Below the pieces are notes generated by a model. The model did no database searches, was not told the origin of the DNA, and was given only the letters and a program-made list of their open reading frames with translations. This document shows, in pieces, positions 19,093-28,276 of a stretch of 64,000 nt of DNA (the stretch's first letter is position 1; every line of letters starts with the position of its first letter). The translations under genes and the position numbers were made by a program. The stretch lies in the NCBI GenBank assembly GCA_017560085.1, contig JAFYPA010000075.1, forward strand, positions 86 to 64,085, read 5' to 3'. The DNA is from Clostridia bacterium. Lineage in GTDB: Bacteria > Bacillota > Clostridia > Oscillospirales > CAG-382.

Positions 19093-20040
19093 TCACCAGG
19101 CCTTGACCGCTCTTTCACACATATCATCAATATATTCCTTCTTCTTCAAAGCCGTGAGCCACTTTTCGGGTATCGAATCCAATCCGTACAGCGCTCCCGC
19201 AAGACCGCCCGCAATCGCTCCGACGGTGTCCGTGTCATCACCTAAATTCACCGCCGAAAGAACACATTCCTCGTAAGACTTACTGTGCAATAAACAATAT
19301 ACAGCCGCTTCAAGAGTAGCAACTACATACCCGCTTGAGGATATATCGCTTCTTTTTGTCAATATAAATGTTTTATTGAAGAGCTTACTGTATTTATCCG
19401 ACTCAGGATATGACTTATAATATTCTTTTGCTTTGTTTAATCCGTTAAGAATGCTTTCCCTGACAGGATTGTCCATAAGCTCCCACAAAACAAAAGCATA
19501 AATTCCGCAGGCGATTTTCGATCTTTCGTGTGCGTGGGTAAGTGCGGAAACGGAATGGATTATTTCTATCTTTTCTTCCGTGCTCAAATTTTTTCTTGTG
19601 TACAAATATAATGCAACCGGATGTATTCTCATCAGAGAGCCGTTACCGTTTGATTGCTCATTGTCAAGACCGCACAGATTGACCGGCTTTTTATTTACAA
19701 AGTAATTATCAATAGCGTAACTGCAGGTATTACCGACATCAAACATTTCTCCCGTCGGAGTGAATTCATCCTTGTAATACCATTTACCGAAGTTAATCAT
19801 TATGTCATCGTAATTAACCATTCCGAGAGTAAGGCTTTCCAAAGTACCCAACGACATACTCGTATCATCGGACCAACAGCCTTCGGGGTAGGGGTATGTA
19901 CCGAAGCCCGTCATATCCGTTACGGGATTCTCATCCAATTCATCTCTGTCACAGAATTCCACGGGTACACCGAGAGCATCGGCTACGGCGTGACCGAATA
20001 TAACTGCTTTTACTGTGTTGTTGAAATCTTTCATAGGCAC
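19093..20040 (-). CDS. ADP-ribosylglycohydrolase family protein
   Basis: 315 aa: GHAVADALGVPVEF, WSDDTSM, GNGSLMRIHPV, GDDTDTVGAIAGGLAGALYG. Confidence 0.88.
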   Translation of the reverse strand: MPMKDFNNTVKAVIFGHAVADALGVPVEFCDRDELDENPVTDMTGFGTYPYPEGCWSDDTSMSLGTLESLTLGMVNYDDIMINFGKWYYKDEFTPTGEMFDVGNTCSYAIDNYFVNKKPVNLCGLDNEQSNGNGSLMRIHPVALYLYTRKNLSTEEKIEIIHSVSALTHAHERSKIACGIYAFVLWELMDNPVRESILNGLNKAKEYYKSYPESDKYSKLFNKTFILTKRSDISSSGYVVATLEAAVYCLLHSKSYEECVLSAVNLGDDTDTVGAIAGGLAGALYGLDSIPEKWLTALKKKEYIDDMCERAVKAW

Positions 20041-20089
20041 CTCTCAAAAATTAAAATTGTCGGGATGAATTTTTGCACCGTCAAGTGCT

Positions 20090-20257
20090 TCAATCCTCTT
20101 CATCATCAAAAGCCGTATCGTCTTCTTCGGATTCCGCTTTTTCCGCTTCGGATACCATATTTACAAATGCAAAAAGGTCTGCGGCTCGCTCGAAGCTGTC
20201 CAGCTTTCCGTCTCTGTTAAAATCGAATATACCACCAAAAAAGCCTTTGTCAAACAT
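20090..20257 (-). CDS. 55-aa acidic protein with one canonical EF-hand loop (below the ORF-track cutoff)
   Basis: Hand translation gives MFDKGFFGGIFDFNRDGKLDSFERAADLFAFVNMVSEAEKAESEEDDTAFDDEED. The loop DFNRDGKLDSFE fits DxNxDGxxDxxE. GGAGG RBS with 8-nt spacing. Confidence 0.6.
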   Translation of the reverse strand: MFDKGFFGGIFDFNRDGKLDSFERAADLFAFVNMVSEAEKAESEEDDTAFDDEED

Positions 20258-20351
20258 AATCGGAACCTCCCGGGTGTTTGTTGAAGTGATTGTTTTTTCT
20301 CTTGATGTTACTATTATAACATATAGGGTGTACTATAAGCAGTACAGTGAT

Positions 20352-21248
20352 TTATTCAATACCATCCATCCCCAAAGCATCCTCCCCACGAGTCCTCCTG
20401 TACCTGTACTCCGTAGGCGACATCCCGATATTTCTTGAAAATACCCTGCTGAAATACAACGGATCACGGAATCCCGAGCTTTCCGCCACAAGTGAAATCG
20501 TCAGCGTCGTGCTTGTCAGAAGCTCGCAGGCGTTTCTGATTTTTACATCCTCTATGAATTTCTGCGGTGTCTTGCCCGTGGCTTTCTTGAAGGCTACCGA
20601 GTACATTCCCGGACTCATTCCGCACAGCTTTGCATATTCGGAGATCTTTCTCGGATAGCGGTATTCCCATTCCATCTGAATTATTCCCTTTATTACCTTG
20701 TCCGCATTTGAATATCCCGAAAGAGTGCTTGGAAGCATTGTTTCGTTTCGCAGTGCGATTTCAGAAAAAAGCTTCATAAATATGGCGTTTATATGTATAC
20801 TGCTTTTCGCAAGCCTCTGTGCAAGTATCATCTGACGGAATATGTCCGATATTACCGCCGTGCTTCCGACAGAGTACACTCCGCTTTCGTGGATTCCGCA
20901 CTGTGACAGAAGCTCGGGAATTGCATATCCGTTGAAATGCACCCAGTAATTTATCGGGTTGTCTGTCCTTTTCTTGACGATTTTATGCGGAATGTTCGGA
21001 AAGCACAGAATAAGGTCGCCCTTCTTTGCGGTCGTCTCCTTATCACCGAGCGTTATTTCTATAAGTCCCTCCGTCACAAAAAGTGCGTAATAATCCTCTC
21101 TGCCGTTCTTTCTTTCCGTTATGTGCATATCATAGAAATTGTGAGGAGGTCTGTGGTCGGATATGTCGCAGTAGCTTACGGTTATGTATTCGTCAGGCTC
21201 TTTTTTGTAGGGAAGGTCGCTGCTTCCGTCGTGGTATATTACTTTCAA
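20352..21248 (-). CDS. AraC family transcriptional regulator (cupin + HTH)
   Basis: 298 aa with the C-terminal AraC HTH pair (SEYAKLCGMSPGMYSVAFKK..., GFRDPLYFSRVFSRNIGMSPTEYR). Confidence 0.88.
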   Translation of the reverse strand: MKVIYHDGSSDLPYKKEPDEYITVSYCDISDHRPPHNFYDMHITERKNGREDYYALFVTEGLIEITLGDKETTAKKGDLILCFPNIPHKIVKKRTDNPINYWVHFNGYAIPELLSQCGIHESGVYSVGSTAVISDIFRQMILAQRLAKSSIHINAIFMKLFSEIALRNETMLPSTLSGYSNADKVIKGIIQMEWEYRYPRKISEYAKLCGMSPGMYSVAFKKATGKTPQKFIEDVKIRNACELLTSTTLTISLVAESSGFRDPLYFSRVFSRNIGMSPTEYRYRRTRGEDALGMDGIE

Positions 21249-21454
21249 TTCCGCATCCTCCGATTGATTTGAATTCCCGGTGCTTTTATTATAATCATTC
21301 GGGAATTTTTTGTCAATGATTTTTGTGAAAATAATCCATATTTATATAAAATAAATCCATTTACTTTGATTTGCGATACCCTTATAATGTAGATATAATG
21401 ATATTTATTTTAAGATTTACAAACTATCTTATTATGAAAGGAACGGTTGTAATT

Positions 21455-24400
21455 ATGAGAAAAATATCCGCATTGGTTATGGCATTGCTTCTTGCCTCAC
21501 AGAGCCTTTTTACGGCATTGGCTCTCACGGAGCAGAACTATGATTTTGCAAAGTACAATCCTCTTGTAGAGGAGAATTTCCCGCTTGCAAGAGAGGCGGC
21601 AGGTGAAGGTATTGTACTTCTTGAAAACAAAAACAACACGTTGCCTCTCGCCGCTGACAGCAAGGTTTCTCTTTTCGGTATCGGACAGATAGACTATGTT
21701 GCGGGCGGTACAGGCTCGGGTATTATCAATACCGCATACAAGGTGAACTTCCTTGACGGTATGCTTGATGCTGAAAAGAACGGAAAGCTCACCGTTGATT
21801 CTGCAACGGCAAAGGTATACTCTGATATATACGACGAATGGACACAGGCTGTTGCCGATGCCGAGGCGGCAGGAACAGCAAAGCCTTCTCTTGATGAGTA
21901 CGCCCTCACGGATGAGGATGTAGCAAAGGCAAGAGCTGAAAGCGACACGGCAGTATATTACATCAGAAGAATCCAGGGTGAAGGAAGCGACAGAAAGGCT
22001 GTGAAGGGCGACTATTACATCAGCGACATCGAGGCTTCAAACCTTGCGAAGATTGATGAGGCAGGCTTTGAGAACTTTATAATTGTAATAAACGCAGGTA
22101 CAGCGGTTGATACCTCCTTCTTCAAGGATTACGAAACAGCCGACTCCCTTATTATGGCGTGGCTTCCCGGCGTTGAGGGCGGTCTTGCACTTGCGGATGT
22201 TATGACGGGCGATGTGAACCCTTCGGGTAAGCTTACCGATACGTTCCTTAAGTCCTACGACTGCTATCCTTCCGCAGAAAGCTTCACCGAGTCACAGTCC
22301 TTTGTAAACTACACCGAGGACATTTACAACGGTTACAGATATTTTGAAACCTTCGACCCGGAATACACAATGGTAAACTATGAGTTCGGCTACGGACTTT
22401 CATATACCGAATTTACACTTTCAGGCGACAGCGCTACCGTTTCCGACGGCAATGTAAATGTTTCCGTAAGCGTTAAGAACACGGGCGAGTGTGCGGGTAA
22501 GGAAGTAATTCAGGTGTACTACGGCGCACCTCAGGGACTTCTCGGAAAGAGCGCAAGGGTTCTTGCGGGATATGCAAAGACAAAGCTTCTTGCTCCCGGT
22601 GAAACACAGAGGATTACAGTTACATTCCCCGTATCCGATATGGCATCCTTCGATGACCTCGGCAAGACGGGAAACAAGTCCGCATATGTTCTTGAAGCGG
22701 GCGACTACAATTTCTACATAGGTAACTCCGTGCGCAATGCGGGTGAAAGAGGCATAAAGGGTACATATACCGTTTCCGAAACCGTTGTAACACAGCAGCT
22801 TACCTCGCTTCTCACACCCAATGCTCTCGATAAGAGACTTGTTGCAAAAGAAGAAGCGGACGGAAGCCTCACAGCGGAATACGAGCGTCTTTCCGTTACA
22901 ACCGATGCCGACGGAAGCTACAAAATCGACCCCAATGCCGCACAGACAATAATTGATGCGGAAAACTACACGGATGGTACAGACGGACTTGAAACTCCCG
23001 TTCTTCCCATGCAGGACAACCTTAAATACGTTAAGGGAATGAAGAACGGCGAATACATAAGCTTTGCCTTCTCCAACGAAAATGCGGCTATGTATACAAT
23101 CGCACTCAACATCTCCAACGGTGGCGAGGCGGTTTCTCCCTCCTTCAATATTTATCTTAACGATACTCTCGTATGCAGTGACATCTCCGTTGCATCAACG
23201 GGAAGCGGTACTGCAGACGGTACATTCGTGTTCAGCGAAACCGAATTCGGACTTCTTGTATTCGAAAAGGGCAAGAGCACCGTAAAGATTGAATCCGCAA
23301 ACGACGGACTTCTTGACATTGACAGCATTATCTTAAGACCTGTTACAGACCTTCCCGTAATCAAGGCGGACAAAAAGACGGTTATCGAAGCGGAAAAATA
23401 CGATGTAGCCTATAACAATCCCGATGACGGCAACAATATGCTTATTAGTACCGAATCCGCTCTTGGCGAAACACTTGTTGCAAAGATGCAGGGTAAGGGC
23501 AACTACATAGAATACCGTTTCCTCGTTGAAGAGGCGGGAACATATGCGTTCACCTTCAACTATGCCGCAACGGGAAATATGACAAATCCCTATTCCATAA
23601 GCATAAACGGAACAGTTCAGGATGTAAGCTATACACTTGCAAAAACATCTCCCGAGGGTACAACAAGTGCCGACGGTATGGTGTTCTATAACACCTGTGC
23701 AGACGCAGAGCCTATAGACATTGTTCTTCCCGCGGGCTTTGTAACAATGAGAATTACCACAATCGGCGGTTCTCCCAACCTTAACAGATACACCTTTGAA
23801 AAGAAGTTCGAGCTTCCTTCAGGCTTTACACTGGTTTCGGGCACGGAAAACACCGAAATTGAGGCGGAAAATGCTTCCGCTATGGCTAAGGGTGTGTGGG
23901 CTGAAGTAAAGACCGTTGACGGCGTGGAAACAAAGGTACTCAACGCACTTACGGGCGAGGGCAAGTTCCTTGAATACAAGCTCTGGTTTGAAAAGGCGGG
24001 AGAGTACGGCGTTGTATTCAATGTTGCTTCTACCGCTAACGGCACAAATCCCTTCAGATTCCTTGCAAACGGCAACGAAATAGCTGTTTCCGACTACACA
24101 TTTACAAAAACAACTCCCGAGGGAGCAACCACATCCGACACGGATGCATACTATCACACATACCTCGATATGCCCGCGATAGCTATGGAATTCCCCGCAG
24201 GTAAGGTTATCTTCAGACTTGAAACAACAGATACAAAGCAGAAGCCCAATTTCAACAAGTTCACAATAAAGCCCGTTGCCGAATACGAGGCGGAAGCTCC
24301 CGCAGGCTACAGACAGGTGCTTGACACCGAGCCTCTTGTAATTCAGGCTGAAAGCTATGATGCAAACTTCAATGTACAGACACAGAAAATGAATCAGCTT

Positions 24401-27328
24401 ACCCTTGCCGGGGGTGAATCTCAGGGCGAGGTTATAATGGAAAACATCAAGTCAAGCGGTTCATATCTTGAATACAACGTATGGTTCAAGTACGGCGGAG
24501 ACTATACAATAACCTATAACTACGCTTCAACAAGAAATCACGAAGCTCCCTTTGAGGTATACCTTGACGGCGAAAAGCTCATAAGAAGCGAAAGCTACAC
24601 ACTTGCAAAGACCTCTCTCGAGGGTGCTACATGGAAGGATACATACGACTACTACTTCGTGTTCAAGAATTCCGATCCCATTCCCTATACCTTCCCGCAG
24701 GGCAGCACAACACTCAGAATTTCCGCAGATAACGGCGCAGGCTCAAACTTCGATATGCCTAACCTCAACTACATCACAATTACCTGCGTTGAGGCGGACA
24801 TCCCCGAAATAACAGCTCCCGACGGCGGTGATGACGAAGGGGAAGAAGACGAGGGCGAGGGCACGGAAACAGAGCCCGAAATCTCCGCAGACAGACTTCC
24901 CGATTATACCGAAAAGGAAGAGGATGCCGAGCTTATAATGTACGAGGACTACATTTCCGGAAAGGCAACTCTTGACGAATTTGTAGCACAGCTTACAAAC
25001 CTTGACCTTATCCGTCTTGCGGGCGGTCATCCTCCGGTTAACGGCTGCTCCTCCTCTATGGGCAGACTTCTTAAGTATCACATCCCGACAGTAAACACAG
25101 GTGACGGCGGCGCGGGTATCAGAACAGGTGCGGATGCCATGACAACATGGTGGCCCTGCTCCACAATGCTCGCCTGCACATGGAATACAGACCTTATAAG
25201 ACGTGTCGGCAATGCCGTAGGTCTTGAAGGAAAGAGACTCCGCTGGGATACATGGCTCGCTCCCGGACTTAATATCCACCGTAATCCCCTTTGCGGAAGA
25301 AACTTCGAGTATTATTCCGAGGATCCGCTTGTTTCCGGTATTTGTGCCGCAGAAATAACCATCGGTGCAAGAGCACAGGGAATGCACACTGTTCCCAAGC
25401 ACTTTGCCGTAAACAACAAGGAGAGCGGAAGAAGCATAAGCGACAGCCGACTTTCCGAAAGAGCACTTCGTGAAATCTACCTCAAGGGCTTTGAAATCCT
25501 TGTAAAGAAGGCACAGCCCAAGTACATTATGACCTCCTACAACCTCATAAACGGCACGGAAGCCGCTGAAAGCTACGACCTTCAGACAGCAATCCTCCGA
25601 GGTGAATGGGGCTTTGACGGAATCACAATGACAGACTGGAACAACACAAACTCCAGACCCGCAAAGGAAATCAAGGCGGGAAGCAACATCAGAATGCCCT
25701 ACGGCGAAATAAATGAGCTTGTCCGTGACCTTTACAACGGCGACATTACAAGAGAAGAGCTCAAGGAAAATGCAAAGGTAATTCTCCCCGTGCTTGCGGA
25801 CTCCATGGCGTTTGAGGGTGCTTTGAACGTATATGAGGTAACAAGAGAATCCGATATATATATTCCCGTTATAAACTACAACTACGTTAACGACGATAAC
25901 TTCGGAACGGTAATAAAGGACTTCACATCCTCCGATAACAAGTTCTATGGCGTAGGTGAATACTACGAGCATCACTCGTGGACACCCAACCTTACATATT
26001 CCGCAGACGGCGGTGTTTCTCTCAATATCTGGTCAAAGAATGTAACCAACGATAACGTTGAATTCGATGACAGCTCGCTGTTCCTTGCATATAACGTGGA
26101 TGTTGAGGAAAGCGGAAGCTATAAGATTTATCTGTTCACACCTCAGAAGAGCCAGACAAACACAATCTATGTTGACGACGTAAAGGCGGGCGATATCCGT
26201 TCGGGCAAGGCTTCAAGAGATGAAACCTATGTCAGAAGTGAGGCTCTCACGGTAAATCTTACAAAGGGCAGACACACAATAAAGCTTGGCGGCGTCGGTG
26301 TTGTTGAAAGACTCTGCATCACTCCCGACTTCACAAAGGAGCAGGAAGCTGTTGATGGCAGAATCTTCACAAAGATTGACAGCGAATGGGGTCTTAAGTT
26401 CGAGAAAATGTCTGACGAAATAGGCACCTTCAACCGTATAACGGTTGACCCCGATGATGTCGATAATATGCTCGCAACGGACCACTGGAGCATTGCAAAC
26501 GACGAAACCGTATATCCTTACCTTGCATTCTGCTACAGAACGAACTACGACGGCGAAATGACAGCATACGCAAAGCGTTCGGGACAGTCAACGGGTGATG
26601 CAAATGCATATACCTTCAAGGCAGACAAGGCAGATGTGTGGACAACAAGTGTAATAAAGCTTACGGGTACGGGCGACGATACAATCTTCCGTCAGCTTCA
26701 CTTCTATCCCTTCGGCAAGGGCAATACCCATGCAAATGCACTTGAAAAGAACTATTATTTCGACCTCTACCATTACGGCTTCTTCAAGACGGAGGCAGAT
26801 GCACTCGCATACTGCAGAAACCACGCTCCCAAGGCAATCAAGGGTAACATCATCCTTGAGCGTGACATTGAAAACGGATACTATGACGATGCACTCCTCG
26901 GTTATGCGGGCTATGCGGAAATATCACTTCTTGACAGCAACGGCAAAACCGTATCCAAGTTCTACGAATACGGCACATATGTCAGCGAAACGGACGGCAA
27001 GGCAACAATCGGCTTCACCTTTGATGCCGAGGACGGAGATTACACCCTTGTTGTAAGAAAGCCCGGCTACGCTGAAAAGCAGGTAGCGATAACCGTAGAA
27101 AACGGCACGGCACACATAGACGATATCCACCTTCTCGCAGGTGATATTACGGCAAGCTTCAGCGAAGTACACGGCGACGGCATAATAGACATAGACGACT
27201 TTATAAGAATACTCCGTGCATTTGCACACGATGCGGATGAAAGAATAAAGATTTACACGGATATAAACGAGGACGGACTTGTAAACGTATCGGATATTGC
27301 GATACTCAAGAAGAACTTCGGAAAATAA
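21455..27328 (+). CDS. secreted multidomain GH3 glycosidase, domain-permuted, with four CBM-like modules (the last three tandem repeats) and a C-terminal dockerin
   Basis: Signal peptide MRKISALVMALLLASQSLF. The GH3 alpha/beta-sandwich and FnIII-like domains come first (KLTDTF, YGLSYTEF). Four IxAExY-type CBM-like modules follow, then an acidic linker. Next is the GH3 barrel (KHFAVNNKE, GFDGITMTDW). The protein ends in a dockerin duplicate (HGDGIIDIDD...DINEDGLVNVSD). The track ORF start at 21371 is upstream of the signal peptide. Confidence 0.85.
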   Translation: MRKISALVMALLLASQSLFTALALTEQNYDFAKYNPLVEENFPLAREAAGEGIVLLENKNNTLPLAADSKVSLFGIGQIDYVAGGTGSGIINTAYKVNFLDGMLDAEKNGKLTVDSATAKVYSDIYDEWTQAVADAEAAGTAKPSLDEYALTDEDVAKARAESDTAVYYIRRIQGEGSDRKAVKGDYYISDIEASNLAKIDEAGFENFIIVINAGTAVDTSFFKDYETADSLIMAWLPGVEGGLALADVMTGDVNPSGKLTDTFLKSYDCYPSAESFTESQSFVNYTEDIYNGYRYFETFDPEYTMVNYEFGYGLSYTEFTLSGDSATVSDGNVNVSVSVKNTGECAGKEVIQVYYGAPQGLLGKSARVLAGYAKTKLLAPGETQRITVTFPVSDMASFDDLGKTGNKSAYVLEAGDYNFYIGNSVRNAGERGIKGTYTVSETVVTQQLTSLLTPNALDKRLVAKEEADGSLTAEYERLSVTTDADGSYKIDPNAAQTIIDAENYTDGTDGLETPVLPMQDNLKYVKGMKNGEYISFAFSNENAAMYTIALNISNGGEAVSPSFNIYLNDTLVCSDISVASTGSGTADGTFVFSETEFGLLVFEKGKSTVKIESANDGLLDIDSIILRPVTDLPVIKADKKTVIEAEKYDVAYNNPDDGNNMLISTESALGETLVAKMQGKGNYIEYRFLVEEAGTYAFTFNYAATGNMTNPYSISINGTVQDVSYTLAKTSPEGTTSADGMVFYNTCADAEPIDIVLPAGFVTMRITTIGGSPNLNRYTFEKKFELPSGFTLVSGTENTEIEAENASAMAKGVWAEVKTVDGVETKVLNALTGEGKFLEYKLWFEKAGEYGVVFNVASTANGTNPFRFLANGNEIAVSDYTFTKTTPEGATTSDTDAYYHTYLDMPAIAMEFPAGKVIFRLETTDTKQKPNFNKFTIKPVAEYEAEAPAGYRQVLDTEPLVIQAESYDANFNVQTQKMNQLTLAGGESQGEVIMENIKSSGSYLEYNVWFKYGGDYTITYNYASTRNHEAPFEVYLDGEKLIRSESYTLAKTSLEGATWKDTYDYYFVFKNSDPIPYTFPQGSTTLRISADNGAGSNFDMPNLNYITITCVEADIPEITAPDGGDDEGEEDEGEGTETEPEISADRLPDYTEKEEDAELIMYEDYISGKATLDEFVAQLTNLDLIRLAGGHPPVNGCSSSMGRLLKYHIPTVNTGDGGAGIRTGADAMTTWWPCSTMLACTWNTDLIRRVGNAVGLEGKRLRWDTWLAPGLNIHRNPLCGRNFEYYSEDPLVSGICAAEITIGARAQGMHTVPKHFAVNNKESGRSISDSRLSERALREIYLKGFEILVKKAQPKYIMTSYNLINGTEAAESYDLQTAILRGEWGFDGITMTDWNNTNSRPAKEIKAGSNIRMPYGEINELVRDLYNGDITREELKENAKVILPVLADSMAFEGALNVYEVTRESDIYIPVINYNYVNDDNFGTVIKDFTSSDNKFYGVGEYYEHHSWTPNLTYSADGGVSLNIWSKNVTNDNVEFDDSSLFLAYNVDVEESGSYKIYLFTPQKSQTNTIYVDDVKAGDIRSGKASRDETYVRSEALTVNLTKGRHTIKLGGVGVVERLCITPDFTKEQEAVDGRIFTKIDSEWGLKFEKMSDEIGTFNRITVDPDDVDNMLATDHWSIANDETVYPYLAFCYRTNYDGEMTAYAKRSGQSTGDANAYTFKADKADVWTTSVIKLTGTGDDTIFRQLHFYPFGKGNTHANALEKNYYFDLYHYGFFKTEADALAYCRNHAPKAIKGNIILERDIENGYYDDALLGYAGYAEISLLDSNGKTVSKFYEYGTYVSETDGKATIGFTFDAEDGDYTLVVRKPGYAEKQVAITVENGTAHIDDIHLLAGDITASFSEVHGDGIIDIDDFIRILRAFAHDADERIKIYTDINEDGLVNVSDIAILKKNFGK

Positions 27329-27382
27329 AAATTATCGGGGGCTTGCATAAGAGCAGGCTCCCGAGTTTCTGTTATATATATA

Positions 27383-28276
27383 TCAATCCGCAACGCAAAG
27401 TCCCATATCCCGAAGAACGGATTTTGCCTCTTCAATTTCCGCATCCGCAGGAATAACCGTGGGAAGAGTATCAACCATATCCAGCGACTTATATTTCGTG
27501 GAAGCATAATTATGATACGGCAACACCTTAACTCTCGTTATATTGGAAAGTCCCTTCAAAAGCTCCCCGATTTTCCGTACCTCGCCGTCATTGAAGCCGG
27601 GAACATAAGGATACCTTATCTCAATGCTCTTTCCCAAAGAATCAATATATTTCAGATTCTCAAGAATCACCGCATTGTCCTGTCCCGTGCATCTTTTGTG
27701 TACATCGGAGTCTATCGCTTTAAGGTCGTACAGAAACAAATCCGTGTACGGAATAACCTTGTCAAGTGCCGCCTTGGAGACAAATCCGCAGGTGTCAACC
27801 GCAGTGTGCAGGTTTTCCTCCTTGAAGCGCTTCAGAAGTGCCTCGCAGAAGTCCGGCTGCATAAGACATTCACCGCCGGAAAGGGTTACACCGCCATTTT
27901 TGGAGCAGACGTAAAAATCCTTGTCCTTGAGAACATCCGCAACTATCTCTTCGACCTCTGCCTCCTTGCCGTAGTAGGTCAATACCTTACCGGGGCAGAC
28001 CGTGGCACATTTTCCGCAGAGAGTGCATTTGCTTCTGTCAAATATATGCTTTCCGTCCGAATCTATGGTGTGCGCACCGCTCGAGCACGCCCTTACACAG
28101 CTTCCGCAGGAGGTGCATTTGTGCTCAAGGAACCCAAGCTGACTCTGCTTTCCTATGCTTTCGGGGTTGTGACACCACAGACATTTAAGCGGGCAACCTT
28201 TGAGAAATACCGTTGTACGGATGCCCGGACCGTCGTGTACGGCAAAGTGTTTTATGTCAAATATAAATCCTCTCAT
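27383..28276 (-). CDS. glycyl-radical enzyme activating protein (radical SAM)
   Basis: 297 aa: DGPGIRTTVFLKGCPLKCLWCHNPE, plus ferredoxin-like Cys clusters (CTSCGSCVRAC, CTLCGKCATVCP). Confidence 0.92.
   Translation of the reverse strand: MRGFIFDIKHFAVHDGPGIRTTVFLKGCPLKCLWCHNPESIGKQSQLGFLEHKCTSCGSCVRACSSGAHTIDSDGKHIFDRSKCTLCGKCATVCPGKVLTYYGKEAEVEEIVADVLKDKDFYVCSKNGGVTLSGGECLMQPDFCEALLKRFKEENLHTAVDTCGFVSKAALDKVIPYTDLFLYDLKAIDSDVHKRCTGQDNAVILENLKYIDSLGKSIEIRYPYVPGFNDGEVRKIGELLKGLSNITRVKVLPYHNYASTKYKSLDMVDTLPTVIPADAEIEEAKSVLRDMGLCVAD

Noticed and set aside
20073-20438. 121-aa plus-strand ORF
   Set aside because: It is Ser-rich and low-complexity, and it overlaps both the minus-strand EF-hand microprotein ORF (which has a strong RBS) and the AraC gene's 3' end.
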